This document shows positions 17,818-27,470 of a stretch of 64,000 nt of DNA, piece after piece (the first letter of the stretch is position 1; every line of letters starts with the position of its first letter). The DNA is taken from the NCBI GenBank assembly GCA_019058315.1, contig JAHPZH010000005.1, forward strand, positions 1 to 64,000, in the 5' to 3' direction. The notes beneath the pieces are model-generated. The model saw only the letters and a program-made list of their open reading frames with translations, was not told where the DNA came from and searched no databases. Source of the stretch: Candidatus Helarchaeota archaeon. GTDB taxonomy: Archaea > Asgardarchaeota > Lokiarchaeia > Helarchaeales > RDOG01. The position numbers and the translations under genes are program-made.

Positions 17818-20532
17818 ATGTTAAAGGTAATTAATATGGCAAAATATAAAAATCCCAAAGATTATCCCGTAAAAAATATTACGCTAGAAGAACGAAATGA
17901 GTTAATTGAAATATCAGAGAGATATTTAAGTTATGATTCTTTATTTACGTGGAATGCAAATATAAACGGATTTATTATCCAATTACGCACAAACAATGCT
18001 CATTTGGATGATTTTTGGAGAGAAAATTGGTTCCCGGCTCCTAATGACCCAAATACTAGACCTCATGGGGTAATTTATGCAGTTTCAAATGTTTACGATA
18101 CAGAACCATCAATAAATTATCATTCAGACTCAAAAATATGTGTTATAATCAATATTGAGTCATATAAAATAATAAGATCTATTGCTTTAGGAATGGTTTT
18201 AGATGACGCCGAACAAAAAGAACAACTTCAATTCATTAGGGGAGCACTAATTGATTTAGATGGAGTAGGTATTGTAATTATGGGGTTATCAGATTATGAT
18301 ATAGCAACACATACATTCCTGTTGCTCGAGATGAATCGTGCTAGAATTCATTCTAATGATTGGATATATGTTGAGCAATTAGGTGGTGAAAAAGGGAGAA
18401 TTTCAACGTTAATTTCTGAAAGGAAATTTTTAATCCATAAAAATATTTCACAAATTAGTCAACGTTTAAGGCTATTATATGAAAAATGTAAAAAAGTAAA
18501 CGACTATTTTATTTTAGATCCATTATGGATAGAAGGGAAAGAAAAATATATCAACACCACCAGAATTCGAGTAATATTTATTTTAGAATCCAATCCTAAC
18601 GATGAAGAAGTCGTTAGAAGACTGACTAAAAAAGAATTTATTAATTCTTTAACCAATGCAAAAGAACCATTTTTAAATCCTCACATTTTAGTGAATTCTG
18701 CTAATCGAACTGATTTAGAATTTGAATTTTACAAAAATATTTATCAATATTCTGCAGTTTACTGGATAAATACATCAAAACCATTGTTTGAAATCCAAAA
18801 AACAATGAAAAATATTATCAATTCAAAAGAATATCTTCAAATGTTTGACGATTTTAAAGAAACCTTAAAAATGGAATTCAATGAAGTATTGCAAAAAATT
18901 AACCTTCAAAAAATTAAAGCTGCTATTTCCGAATTACCAAAACAAAAAAATGTTTCCCATCCAAGTCCTGAAGAAATTAAAAAAATGGCAGAAATCTATG
19001 GTCAAAAAACCAAGTTTGGAAATTATAATTTTGTATCTACAGTAAAAAATAGAAGTGCAGGATTAACTGTTTATATAGGATCAGAAGAAGTTTGGCAACG
19101 AAAATTGAATCCAAAACAAATTAAAATAATTAAGGATCTTCCAGACACAATTTCAGAAGTACTTGAATATATTAAAAAAGCCCCCTTAGTTATGACTACG
19201 CGAACAATGGGTAATAATCCATATTTTAATCCCAAATGCTCACTTTTCGTTTCAATTCATCGGAAGGAAATGATTCGTTTAGCCTATATGATGAATCAAT
19301 CACTATTTGAAGTACGAGAGAATAGCGAACCAGAAATGGATATGATTTTTATACCAGAATGGCAAGAAAAGGACCGCCAGATTTTGGTCTTCCCAGAGAT
19401 TGGAGTAACTTTTGTTTTAGGAACTGATTATTATGGAGAAGTAAAAAAAGGAATGTTAAGAAATGCAATGTGGTTTGCAAAGAAAAGAGGAATGTTAGGT
19501 TTACATGCAGGGGCAAAAATAATAAGAGCCAGAGATAATAAAACAGAGCAGTTCAAAAAATATAGTGTTCTTATATTTGGATTAACCGCAACAGGAAAAA
19601 CCACTCATTCTTGCCACAATCATAATCTAGATGAAGAGAAAGGAGAAGGTATTGAAATTGTCCAAGATGATTTTGTAGCCTTACGAGAAGATGGTTCCGC
19701 AATTGGGACTGAAAGGGGATTTTTTTTGAAGACTGAAGGTCTAAATCCAGAAATTCAACCTCTAATTTATAATGCAATTACTGCTTCTGATGGTATATTT
19801 GAAAATGTATTAGTTGATTATAGGGGTAATGTGTTTTTTGAGGATGATACTCTTACTGGAAATGGTCGAGGAATTATGCAACGAGATAGATTTGGTAACT
19901 ATAAAAGTAAAACTGTAAATCTTCCTCCTTTAAATGACGTTGATGGATTAATTATCTTTAATATTACCAGAAGAAATACAGTTGTTCCTATTGCTTCTAA
20001 ATTAACATTAGAGCAGGGAGCAGCAGCTTTTCTGTTAGGAGAATCTATTGAAACATCAGGTAGTAATCCGGAAAGGGCAGGAGAATCCGTTAGGGTTGTT
20101 GGTACCAATCCATTTATTGTAGGAAATGAAGAAGAAGAGGCAAATATCTTCTATAATTTAATAAAACAACATGGGCAAAAAATACAATGTTATTTGTTAA
20201 ATACGGGTGGCATTGGAGAAATTATGATAAAAAATGAAGATGGATCAAAAACGATAAAGAGAAAAGTGGACAGAGTAGCGATAAAGGAAATGGCATCAAT
20301 AATTCGAGGAATAGTCAGAAATACTATTACGTGGAAGAAAGAATCTAATTTTGGAACTTTAATCCCAGAAAAAGTAGAAGCTGTTGAAATAGACAGATTT
20401 AATTTAGAAAAGTTTTATTCAGAGAAAGAAATTAAAAAGATGGTTAAGCAGCTTAAAAAAGAAAGAAAGGAATATATTGATCAATTTCCGAATTTGAATC
20501 CAGAAATTAAAAATGCATTCGATCTGGATTAA
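17818..20532 (+). CDS. pckA: PEP carboxykinase (ATP)-family protein with N-terminal degenerate PEPCK/HPrK-like domain
   Basis: C-half: GTDYYGEVKKG, LHAGAK, FGLTATGKTT, QDD, TERGFF, ENV, NGR, LLNTG; N-half has a decayed P-loop. Confidence 0.8.
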   Translation: MLKVINMAKYKNPKDYPVKNITLEERNELIEISERYLSYDSLFTWNANINGFIIQLRTNNAHLDDFWRENWFPAPNDPNTRPHGVIYAVSNVYDTEPSINYHSDSKICVIINIESYKIIRSIALGMVLDDAEQKEQLQFIRGALIDLDGVGIVIMGLSDYDIATHTFLLLEMNRARIHSNDWIYVEQLGGEKGRISTLISERKFLIHKNISQISQRLRLLYEKCKKVNDYFILDPLWIEGKEKYINTTRIRVIFILESNPNDEEVVRRLTKKEFINSLTNAKEPFLNPHILVNSANRTDLEFEFYKNIYQYSAVYWINTSKPLFEIQKTMKNIINSKEYLQMFDDFKETLKMEFNEVLQKINLQKIKAAISELPKQKNVSHPSPEEIKKMAEIYGQKTKFGNYNFVSTVKNRSAGLTVYIGSEEVWQRKLNPKQIKIIKDLPDTISEVLEYIKKAPLVMTTRTMGNNPYFNPKCSLFVSIHRKEMIRLAYMMNQSLFEVRENSEPEMDMIFIPEWQEKDRQILVFPEIGVTFVLGTDYYGEVKKGMLRNAMWFAKKRGMLGLHAGAKIIRARDNKTEQFKKYSVLIFGLTATGKTTHSCHNHNLDEEKGEGIEIVQDDFVALREDGSAIGTERGFFLKTEGLNPEIQPLIYNAITASDGIFENVLVDYRGNVFFEDDTLTGNGRGIMQRDRFGNYKSKTVNLPPLNDVDGLIIFNITRRNTVVPIASKLTLEQGAAAFLLGESIETSGSNPERAGESVRVVGTNPFIVGNEEEEANIFYNLIKQHGQKIQCYLLNTGGIGEIMIKNEDGSKTIKRKVDRVAIKEMASIIRGIVRNTITWKKESNFGTLIPEKVEAVEIDRFNLEKFYSEKEIKKMVKQLKKERKEYIDQFPNLNPEIKNAFDLD

Positions 20533-20664
20533 ATATTAGGAATTTTTTATTCCATTTATTTTTATTATTTAAGCAAATGTAAAATTTAATTTCTTCGTAG
20601 ATTCAAAAAAATGATAGAATTTTGAAGGGACTTATAATATTTTATGAGAAATAAAAGCTGATTT

Positions 20665-22782
20665 TTAAGGTTTATTTGATATTTTTTTAAGTTCTTCTTG
20701 ATCCCTTGGTAAATCATACCAATCTAAGATTTCGTGAAGATTTACATTGAATATCCATGCTTTCTCACTATTAGCGATAGAATTTATTACTATTTTTTGG
20801 AGTTTGGTTAATTTATTGTTTTCATCATATGAATTTTCCCCAAATACTATTTGCAACATTGCCTCAACTAAGTTCAGTGAACTCAAAGCATCTACAGTAT
20901 CTATTGAATCTGCGAGTATTGGTACAATTTCAAATTTATCTTCTTTATTAAGATCACTAATCGCGAGAGATGCATCCCCAATGACACTTCCATCTGCCCA
21001 ATAAAGATTTTGATAATCGTTATCAATCTCTTTTGGATTTTTAATAGCTTTTAGAATGACTTTAATAACTTCATTATCTACATTTCCCTTCTGAATCCGC
21101 AATAAAGACAAAGCAGCACAATATTGAATTAGTCCTTTTTCCTCTTTTATTAGCGATGAGAGAATTTCGAGCTTATCGTCTTCTTGAGATAAGATTAATC
21201 CTAAGCCGATTATGATAGTCGCATTAATGGATTCATCTTTTTCGATTTTTAATCTATTAAATAGAACGTCCTTAGATTTATTAAGATCTTCTGGTGCTAT
21301 AGCGAGAAGTATTGCTGCATATTCTCGAAATTCGGGAGTTTCGCTATTAATTAAGTCAGTATATATTTCAGAACCAGAGACTACTGCCATATAAGTATCA
21401 TAAACATCTTTTAATTCTTTTTCTAATCTTTCTTCAAAATCGGGTTTTGCTCTTTCAGAAGCCAATAAACACATATGCTGATGTGCCTCAAGATAAGAAC
21501 TCCCTGAAGCCAACCGAGGTAAGGCTTTTAATATCTTTGATTTCCACTTGAAATTTTTATCACCTACTAATTTAACTAGAAACGGCATGACTTTAGCGGT
21601 GGCCTCATATATAGTCCCTTGATGTTGGATCTGACACGAAAGTTCGCCGTACGCTAAATTAAAAACTTCTTGATTATCAGATGTAATCCCTTTAAGATAT
21701 AATGGAAAATACTTACAAAATTCTGGCCAACAACAGTAAGTATTTTCCCAATCAATTTCATTAATACCTTTTAATACTTCTAGAGTTGGCATTCCTCTAA
21801 TTTCTTCTACTATTTTAGCGTATTTTAAAAGTTCTTCCTCCTTTTTAGGTTGCAACATGAGTGGCGAAAGATCAGACTCAATGATTATATTACCTTGTTC
21901 ATCATAAAATTTCCAGACTCCTGAGGGGTAATCATCCCATCCAGCTCCAAAATTTCCTTGGGAACTAATCTGACCATTTTTGTAAAAATAAGTATATTTG
22001 CTTTTATTTTTCTCTTTTTTAATACTACTTCTAAGTTCTCCAGTCTTATAATATTCAAGTTTGGTATTTCCTCCATCTTTTTTTTCTCTGTGTAATTCTC
22101 CAGTCTCGTAATATTCAAGCACGATTTTTCCTCCATCTTTTTCTTCTCTGCGGAGGTTTCCAGATTCAAAATAGTCACGTTTAATTATACAAATATCGTT
22201 ATCGTAATCTTCTTCTCTCAATAAGTTGCCATCCTTATTCCACCATTTCCAAATACCTATTCGTTTACTAGTACTTCTGACTAAATTACCAATATGCCAA
22301 AAATTATCTTTAGACTTATATTCCGCATTTTCAGGAACATTTTTTGGTCTCTTTGGTATATTTTTTCCATAAAAATCTACCTCTTTCCCACTTTTAGTAA
22401 AATATTTTGATCGCATAACTATGCCTTTATTAAATTCTTGCTCTACTGACCATACATCCTCACCTAATTCAGGAGGAATTCCGGGTTCTCTTGAAGGCTT
22501 GATTTTACGATACCAAGTACATGAATACATGTCTCCATGTTTATATCTACCAATTGAAGCAATATCTCCATTATCATGGAATCTTTTATTGTTTCCATTG
22601 ATGATGAAATCATCACCCTTATAATAACCTTCACATTCTCCGCATAAAACGCCGTCTGACCACCAAGATCGATATGTGCCTTGTTTTTTGTCACCCTTAA
22701 CCAATAACACCCATTCATTCCATTTTTCAACCCAATATGCTTCCTCAGAAATATTTTTTGGTCGTTTAGGTGCTTTTTTCAA
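20665..22782 (-). CDS. MORN-variant (YwqK-like) repeat + HEAT-repeat fusion protein
   Basis: G.WK.YD..G and YY.TGEL repeats; IDW...HQGTIYEATAKVMPFL HEAT-type region. Confidence 0.75.
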   Translation of the reverse strand: MKKAPKRPKNISEEAYWVEKWNEWVLLVKGDKKQGTYRSWWSDGVLCGECEGYYKGDDFIINGNNKRFHDNGDIASIGRYKHGDMYSCTWYRKIKPSREPGIPPELGEDVWSVEQEFNKGIVMRSKYFTKSGKEVDFYGKNIPKRPKNVPENAEYKSKDNFWHIGNLVRSTSKRIGIWKWWNKDGNLLREEDYDNDICIIKRDYFESGNLRREEKDGGKIVLEYYETGELHREKKDGGNTKLEYYKTGELRSSIKKEKNKSKYTYFYKNGQISSQGNFGAGWDDYPSGVWKFYDEQGNIIIESDLSPLMLQPKKEEELLKYAKIVEEIRGMPTLEVLKGINEIDWENTYCCWPEFCKYFPLYLKGITSDNQEVFNLAYGELSCQIQHQGTIYEATAKVMPFLVKLVGDKNFKWKSKILKALPRLASGSSYLEAHQHMCLLASERAKPDFEERLEKELKDVYDTYMAVVSGSEIYTDLINSETPEFREYAAILLAIAPEDLNKSKDVLFNRLKIEKDESINATIIIGLGLILSQEDDKLEILSSLIKEEKGLIQYCAALSLLRIQKGNVDNEVIKVILKAIKNPKEIDNDYQNLYWADGSVIGDASLAISDLNKEDKFEIVPILADSIDTVDALSSLNLVEAMLQIVFGENSYDENNKLTKLQKIVINSIANSEKAWIFNVNLHEILDWYDLPRDQEELKKISNKP
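22036..22175 (-). repeat. 60-bp in-frame tandem repeats (about 2.3 copies)
   Basis: Period-60 similarity; encodes YY.TGEL.REKKDGG..KLE units. Confidence 0.8.
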
Positions 22783-22900
22783 GATATGTCATTTCCTTTA
22801 TTTTTTTAATAATTTTTTTGAAAATTCTAAAAATGTTTCTAAAAAATTCAGTAATAAGATTTTAAAATTAGGGTGTTTTATCCATTATAAAAAAAAATAG

Positions 22901-23275
22901 GTGAATATAATGAGTAAAGTTACACCAGGTCTTACCGCAAAGGAAGTTGCAGAGCTACATTATAAATTATTGGAAGAAAATAATCAAGAAGAATGGTTAA
23001 AAACTTTAGAAACGAGTCTTCGAAGCGGGATTAAAATTTATGGTTCTTCAGCTTATTTTTGGTGGAAGACGGGTCGAGAAACTGTTGATAAAATGAAAAA
23101 TACTTATAAATTTAAAGAAGAGCGAATGAAATATCATTCCGAGACTAATGAGAGATTTTTTTTCCATCGCCTAACAAAGGATGGGCAGAAATCTGGATTT
23201 GGGCAAGTTCCTATCTCTGTGGTCAAGGACCGAAGAGACAATAATGAATGGCGTGTTGATGGTGCAAATTATTAA
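22901..23275 (+). CDS. Hypothetical protein (possibly NTF2-like)
   Basis: Uninterrupted ORF with GGTGA RBS; C-terminal EWRVD strand. Confidence 0.6.
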   Translation: MNIMSKVTPGLTAKEVAELHYKLLEENNQEEWLKTLETSLRSGIKIYGSSAYFWWKTGRETVDKMKNTYKFKEERMKYHSETNERFFFHRLTKDGQKSGFGQVPISVVKDRRDNNEWRVDGANY

Positions 23276-23436
23276 TTGAAAAGACTAGATATATTATAAT
23301 ATATTATTATTTTTTTTTAATTTCCATTATTTTTATTTTTTGTTGAATTACGCAAATTAGATATATATTTTAGAACTATAGAGTTTAATAGAGGAAATTT
23401 TACTAAATAAAACTATTAACTTTGAAGATGAATTAA

Positions 23437-25005
23437 ATGACTCAAATTACGGATAAAGTAAATATTTTTGAGGAATTGAAACGTATTGTTTCTGAAAATT
23501 ATGTTTCAATGGACGATTATATACGATATACTTATTCACGAACTGTAGACCTTTTTCTAATAGGTAAGCCAGATTATGTAGTAAGACCGGGAACTCCCGA
23601 AGAAATCAGCGAAGTTTTACAGACAGCTAATAAATATAATCTCCCAATTTATCCAAGAGGTGGCGGAGCGGGGGAAATGGGAGGTGCCAAGCCTATTGGT
23701 GATGGAGGTATCGTCATGGATATGACCCGTATGAGAAAAATTCTTGATATTGATCTCGAAAATCATACAGTAACTGCGGAATGTGGAATTACTTGGGCTG
23801 AGTTAAATAATGAATTATTTAAAAAAGGTTTTTATACGGGCTGTATGGGACCAGGTTCGGGTCAAACTGCAGTTATAGGCGGATCTCTCTCACATAATTC
23901 TGTAGGTGGTGGTGGTGGAGCAAAATATGGGTCTTGTTGTAGAAATTGTATCGGATTAGAGGTTGTTTTACCTCAAGGGGATATTATCGAAGTTGGTTCT
24001 AGAGTTAATAAATATGTTGAAAAGCCCTTCAGTAAGTGGGGATATGGTCCCGATTTTTGCGGTCTATTCCTAGGAGATAATGGCATTTTTGGAGTTAAAA
24101 CCAAAGCAACACTTAAAATACATCCTAAACCACCTTTTAGAGATTATTGGACTTTTAAATTAAAGGGAAATACAGCTAAAAGGTGTGCTAATATAATGTT
24201 AGAGTGGAGAAGTAAAGGAGAATTAGGGCTATATGATGCAAACTATGTTCCAGAAGCTTTATCTTTAGCAATTCAAATTGAGAAAAATTGGCCAAACTGG
24301 AATGGTGTAAAGGGAGCTCTTTTTTATTCGACTGAAGCTTTTACAGAGAAAGAATTGGAGGGCAATGTTGAAATTCTAAACCAAATAGTTGAAAAAAATA
24401 AGGGCAAATCATTAGGAAGAGAAATAAAAGACGGAAATGTGGCTAAATGGCATTATGAAGAGCAAGGACATTGGCAATTATATCATAATCTTTGGGGAAT
24501 ATTTGGTTTCGCACATCCGGTTACTACAGAATGTATTTGTCCAATCAAACAAATGCCTTCGATGGTGGCAGCTATTGATAATTGGGCGGCAGAAAATGGG
24601 GATAAATTCAAGAAATTAGTTGATACGATAATTAAAGCTGTCGTTACGGAACAAGATACTGAGTCAATATTAAAGCTAACAGATTTCTTAGGTTCTTCTG
24701 CAGGCAGTGGTGAAATGCCTATGGCTGGAGAGAATAATATTGAGGTTACAGGCGGATTTTTAACTGTTGATGTTCCTGAAGCTCGCGATCTCACTCTTGA
24801 ATTATGGAAAGATATGTTTAGATTAGTTATACAAAAGGGATGCTTATTATATATGACTGGGGAAATCGGATCTCAATCTTTGTTAGAATATGGTGCGTTT
24901 AGACCAGAGTTTTACAATTTCTTTAAGGCGATTAAAAAGACACTCGACCCAAAAATGATACTAAGTAGGGGAAAATACAATTTTTATGAGGAGGTCATGA
25001 AATAA
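23437..25005 (+). CDS. FAD-binding oxidoreductase (GlcD / FAD_binding_4 family)
   Basis: YVVRPGTPEEI; PRGGG; GLEVVLPQG; GDNGIFGV; KKTLDPKMILSRG. Confidence 0.9.
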   Translation: MTQITDKVNIFEELKRIVSENYVSMDDYIRYTYSRTVDLFLIGKPDYVVRPGTPEEISEVLQTANKYNLPIYPRGGGAGEMGGAKPIGDGGIVMDMTRMRKILDIDLENHTVTAECGITWAELNNELFKKGFYTGCMGPGSGQTAVIGGSLSHNSVGGGGGAKYGSCCRNCIGLEVVLPQGDIIEVGSRVNKYVEKPFSKWGYGPDFCGLFLGDNGIFGVKTKATLKIHPKPPFRDYWTFKLKGNTAKRCANIMLEWRSKGELGLYDANYVPEALSLAIQIEKNWPNWNGVKGALFYSTEAFTEKELEGNVEILNQIVEKNKGKSLGREIKDGNVAKWHYEEQGHWQLYHNLWGIFGFAHPVTTECICPIKQMPSMVAAIDNWAAENGDKFKKLVDTIIKAVVTEQDTESILKLTDFLGSSAGSGEMPMAGENNIEVTGGFLTVDVPEARDLTLELWKDMFRLVIQKGCLLYMTGEIGSQSLLEYGAFRPEFYNFFKAIKKTLDPKMILSRGKYNFYEEVMK

Positions 25006-26204
25006 TGGAACGTACAAAAGCAATTAGAAATGAAATTATGTGTTGTATGAATTGTGGAGACTGTCGTATTGCATTTCGGACTGCTATTGAAAGATTCAAA
25101 GTATGTCCAATACGTGAAGTTCATCCTAGCGCATTTGAACCCTTTTTCTCCCGTGGGAAAATGAATTTAGCTAAAGGTTTATTACGAGGAGACCTAAAAC
25201 CAAGTAAAGAATTGGCAGATATTTTCTACCAATGCACCTCATGCGGTTCGTGCCGTGAAGTTTGTCATCAATCTCACAATCCATATATTCAAAATAATGT
25301 TTGTAAATATCTAGACCACATCAAAGTCTGGGAGGCTGTTCGAGCAGATTTAGTTGATGCAGGTTATGCCCCCTTACCGCGACATGATGAAATTACCAAA
25401 TGGATGGAAAAAGAACATAATCCATACATGGAAAAACATGAAGACCGAATTAAATGGTTAGAAGGTAAAAAACTTCCTGAAAAAGCTGATGTTGTTTTCT
25501 TTATGGGCTGCACCGAACCATATCGAATTCCTGAAATTCTAAAAGCAATTGTAAAAATATTAGAAAAAGCGGGAGTTGAATTTACTATTTTGCATCCAGA
25601 TGAATATTGTTGTGGAAGTGTCGGCTTTCGTGTGGGTATGAGGAAAATTGCTGAAGAATTAGCCAAGCATAACTTCGAAGCCATTAAAAAATCAGGTGCC
25701 AAAACTGTAATGACGCATTGTGCGGGATGTTACCGAACTTTAAAAGAAGATTATAAGGATTTATTTGGTGAATTGCCTTATGAAGTTGTCCATGCATCAG
25801 CATTTATTTTAGATTTAATAAAAAGTGGTAAATTAAAATTGACAAAGCCAATAGAAAAAACTGTAACATATCATGATCCATGCCATTTGGGACGACATAC
25901 GGGACTTTATGAAGCGCCTAGAGATATTTTAAGGAGTATTCCTGGATTAAATCTCGTTGAAATGGAGCGTCATCATCAACATGCTTGGTGTTGTGGTGCA
26001 GGAGGTGGTGTTAAATCTCAATATCCAGAATTAGCAAATAAAATAGCCGAAGATAGGATAGAAGAAGCCGAACGTACAGGAGCGAAAATTTTAACAACTA
26101 TGTGTCCATTTTGTGGTAGAAATTTCAAGGACGCTATAGAAGCAAGAAAAACTTTCATAGATTTTAAAGATATTTTAGAGCTTGTTATAGAATCGATAGA
26201 ATAA
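25005..26204 (+). CDS. Fe-S oxidoreductase (GlcF/HdrD-like, CCG domains)
   Basis: CMNCGDC, CTSCGSCREVC; CCG twice; YHDPCHLGR; 1-bp overlap with the FAD gene. Confidence 0.9.
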   Translation: MERTKAIRNEIMCCMNCGDCRIAFRTAIERFKVCPIREVHPSAFEPFFSRGKMNLAKGLLRGDLKPSKELADIFYQCTSCGSCREVCHQSHNPYIQNNVCKYLDHIKVWEAVRADLVDAGYAPLPRHDEITKWMEKEHNPYMEKHEDRIKWLEGKKLPEKADVVFFMGCTEPYRIPEILKAIVKILEKAGVEFTILHPDEYCCGSVGFRVGMRKIAEELAKHNFEAIKKSGAKTVMTHCAGCYRTLKEDYKDLFGELPYEVVHASAFILDLIKSGKLKLTKPIEKTVTYHDPCHLGRHTGLYEAPRDILRSIPGLNLVEMERHHQHAWCCGAGGGVKSQYPELANKIAEDRIEEAERTGAKILTTMCPFCGRNFKDAIEARKTFIDFKDILELVIESIE

Positions 26205-26244
26205 ATATGGATTAAATGAGTTAGAATATGATTGGCTTTTCTTT

Positions 26245-27381
26245 TTATTTTGATAGTTGATAAGTTTTACCAGTTTCAATCATGGCTTGAAAGTTCTCAT
26301 ATTTACAGTTTGGGGGAACTTGACAACCAGAGCTCAGAATATGTCCTCCATCAACACCTAATTTATCAATTAGTTTTTTGCAGTAATCTGCAACATCTTT
26401 CGGTGTTCCTAAAGATAGAAGAGTAGGATGAACATCACTCATAATACAAAGATGATTCTCCAAGACTTTTTTTGCAGTAAAGATGTCTGTAAGACCATCG
26501 AAATCAAGGATAGCAGAGCCTTTGGGGAGCTCTTTAAAATAAGGGACATTTTTATCCCAACATTGATCTAGATGAAACCAAGGAATAATTCCTTCAGGAT
26601 GCCATGCATCGATCAATTTTTTGGTATATGGCCACCAAAAACGCTCAAATATTTTTAGGGGATAGAAGAATGCCTCTGCTCGTTCTTCTGGAATAAGTAC
26701 AAATTTAAAACCAGTTCTTTTACTAGCTTTTATCCCTTCCTCAATGTAATCATCCATCATTACCTCTAAGGCAGGTTCAACCATTTCAGGGCGATAATAG
26801 AGATCTTCTGTAAATTTGATTAATGATCGACTGAGTGATAGAACGAAAAAGGGATGGTTGAATGTTATTGATAAGTTAAGACCAACTTTCCTTTTATTCC
26901 ACTCAATTTGTGCCTTAGTTGCCTCCTTCAGGAAATTTATTTTTGCATTTCGAAACTCTTCTGGGGTTTTAAAGTCCGAAATTCGAAATATAAATTCTTC
27001 TTTAATGAACTTTTTCCACCCCATATCTGCTATTTTCTTGTAATCATCATATTTTAACCATTCTTTCTCATCAAATTGGAGTTGATAATCGTTAGGTAAA
27101 TGTTTACCTGGGACTTTGACTTTAAGACCTTCTGAATAATAATTAATTTCTGTTAAAGGAACTACATTATATCCATCCCAACCACCAAGATCGTCAAATA
27201 CTTTAATTATAGCGTTTACTCCTTTTTCTAAATCACTATGTAAATCCCCTAGTTCCATACCTAAGAAAGTTGCCGCTGCAGGTATACCAAGTATAGGAGC
27301 AACGGGGACACGATCGGGTTTTTCTAGATTAACGGCTGATAAAACTCTTTCCTTAGGAGTCATCGTTTCTTCTTTAACCAT
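26245..27381 (-). CDS. UROD/MtaA/CmuA-family corrinoid methyltransferase, copy 2
   Basis: MTPKERV...PDRVPV; FERFWWPY; FHLD; LSSGCQVP. Confidence 0.85.
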   Translation of the reverse strand: MVKEETMTPKERVLSAVNLEKPDRVPVAPILGIPAAATFLGMELGDLHSDLEKGVNAIIKVFDDLGGWDGYNVVPLTEINYYSEGLKVKVPGKHLPNDYQLQFDEKEWLKYDDYKKIADMGWKKFIKEEFIFRISDFKTPEEFRNAKINFLKEATKAQIEWNKRKVGLNLSITFNHPFFVLSLSRSLIKFTEDLYYRPEMVEPALEVMMDDYIEEGIKASKRTGFKFVLIPEERAEAFFYPLKIFERFWWPYTKKLIDAWHPEGIIPWFHLDQCWDKNVPYFKELPKGSAILDFDGLTDIFTAKKVLENHLCIMSDVHPTLLSLGTPKDVADYCKKLIDKLGVDGGHILSSGCQVPPNCKYENFQAMIETGKTYQLSK

Positions 27382-27470
27382 GAATTAAATCTCCTCTCTA
27401 ACTTAATTTTTCTATTATTTAAGCAATATAAAATACAATAAAATAAAGAAAAAAAATATAGAATTTAGGT

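Noticed and set aside
23437-26204. Selenocysteine or pyrrolysine recoding in the redox and methyltransferase genes
   Set aside because: The ORFs are complete without in-frame TGA/TAG, and I saw no readthrough homology
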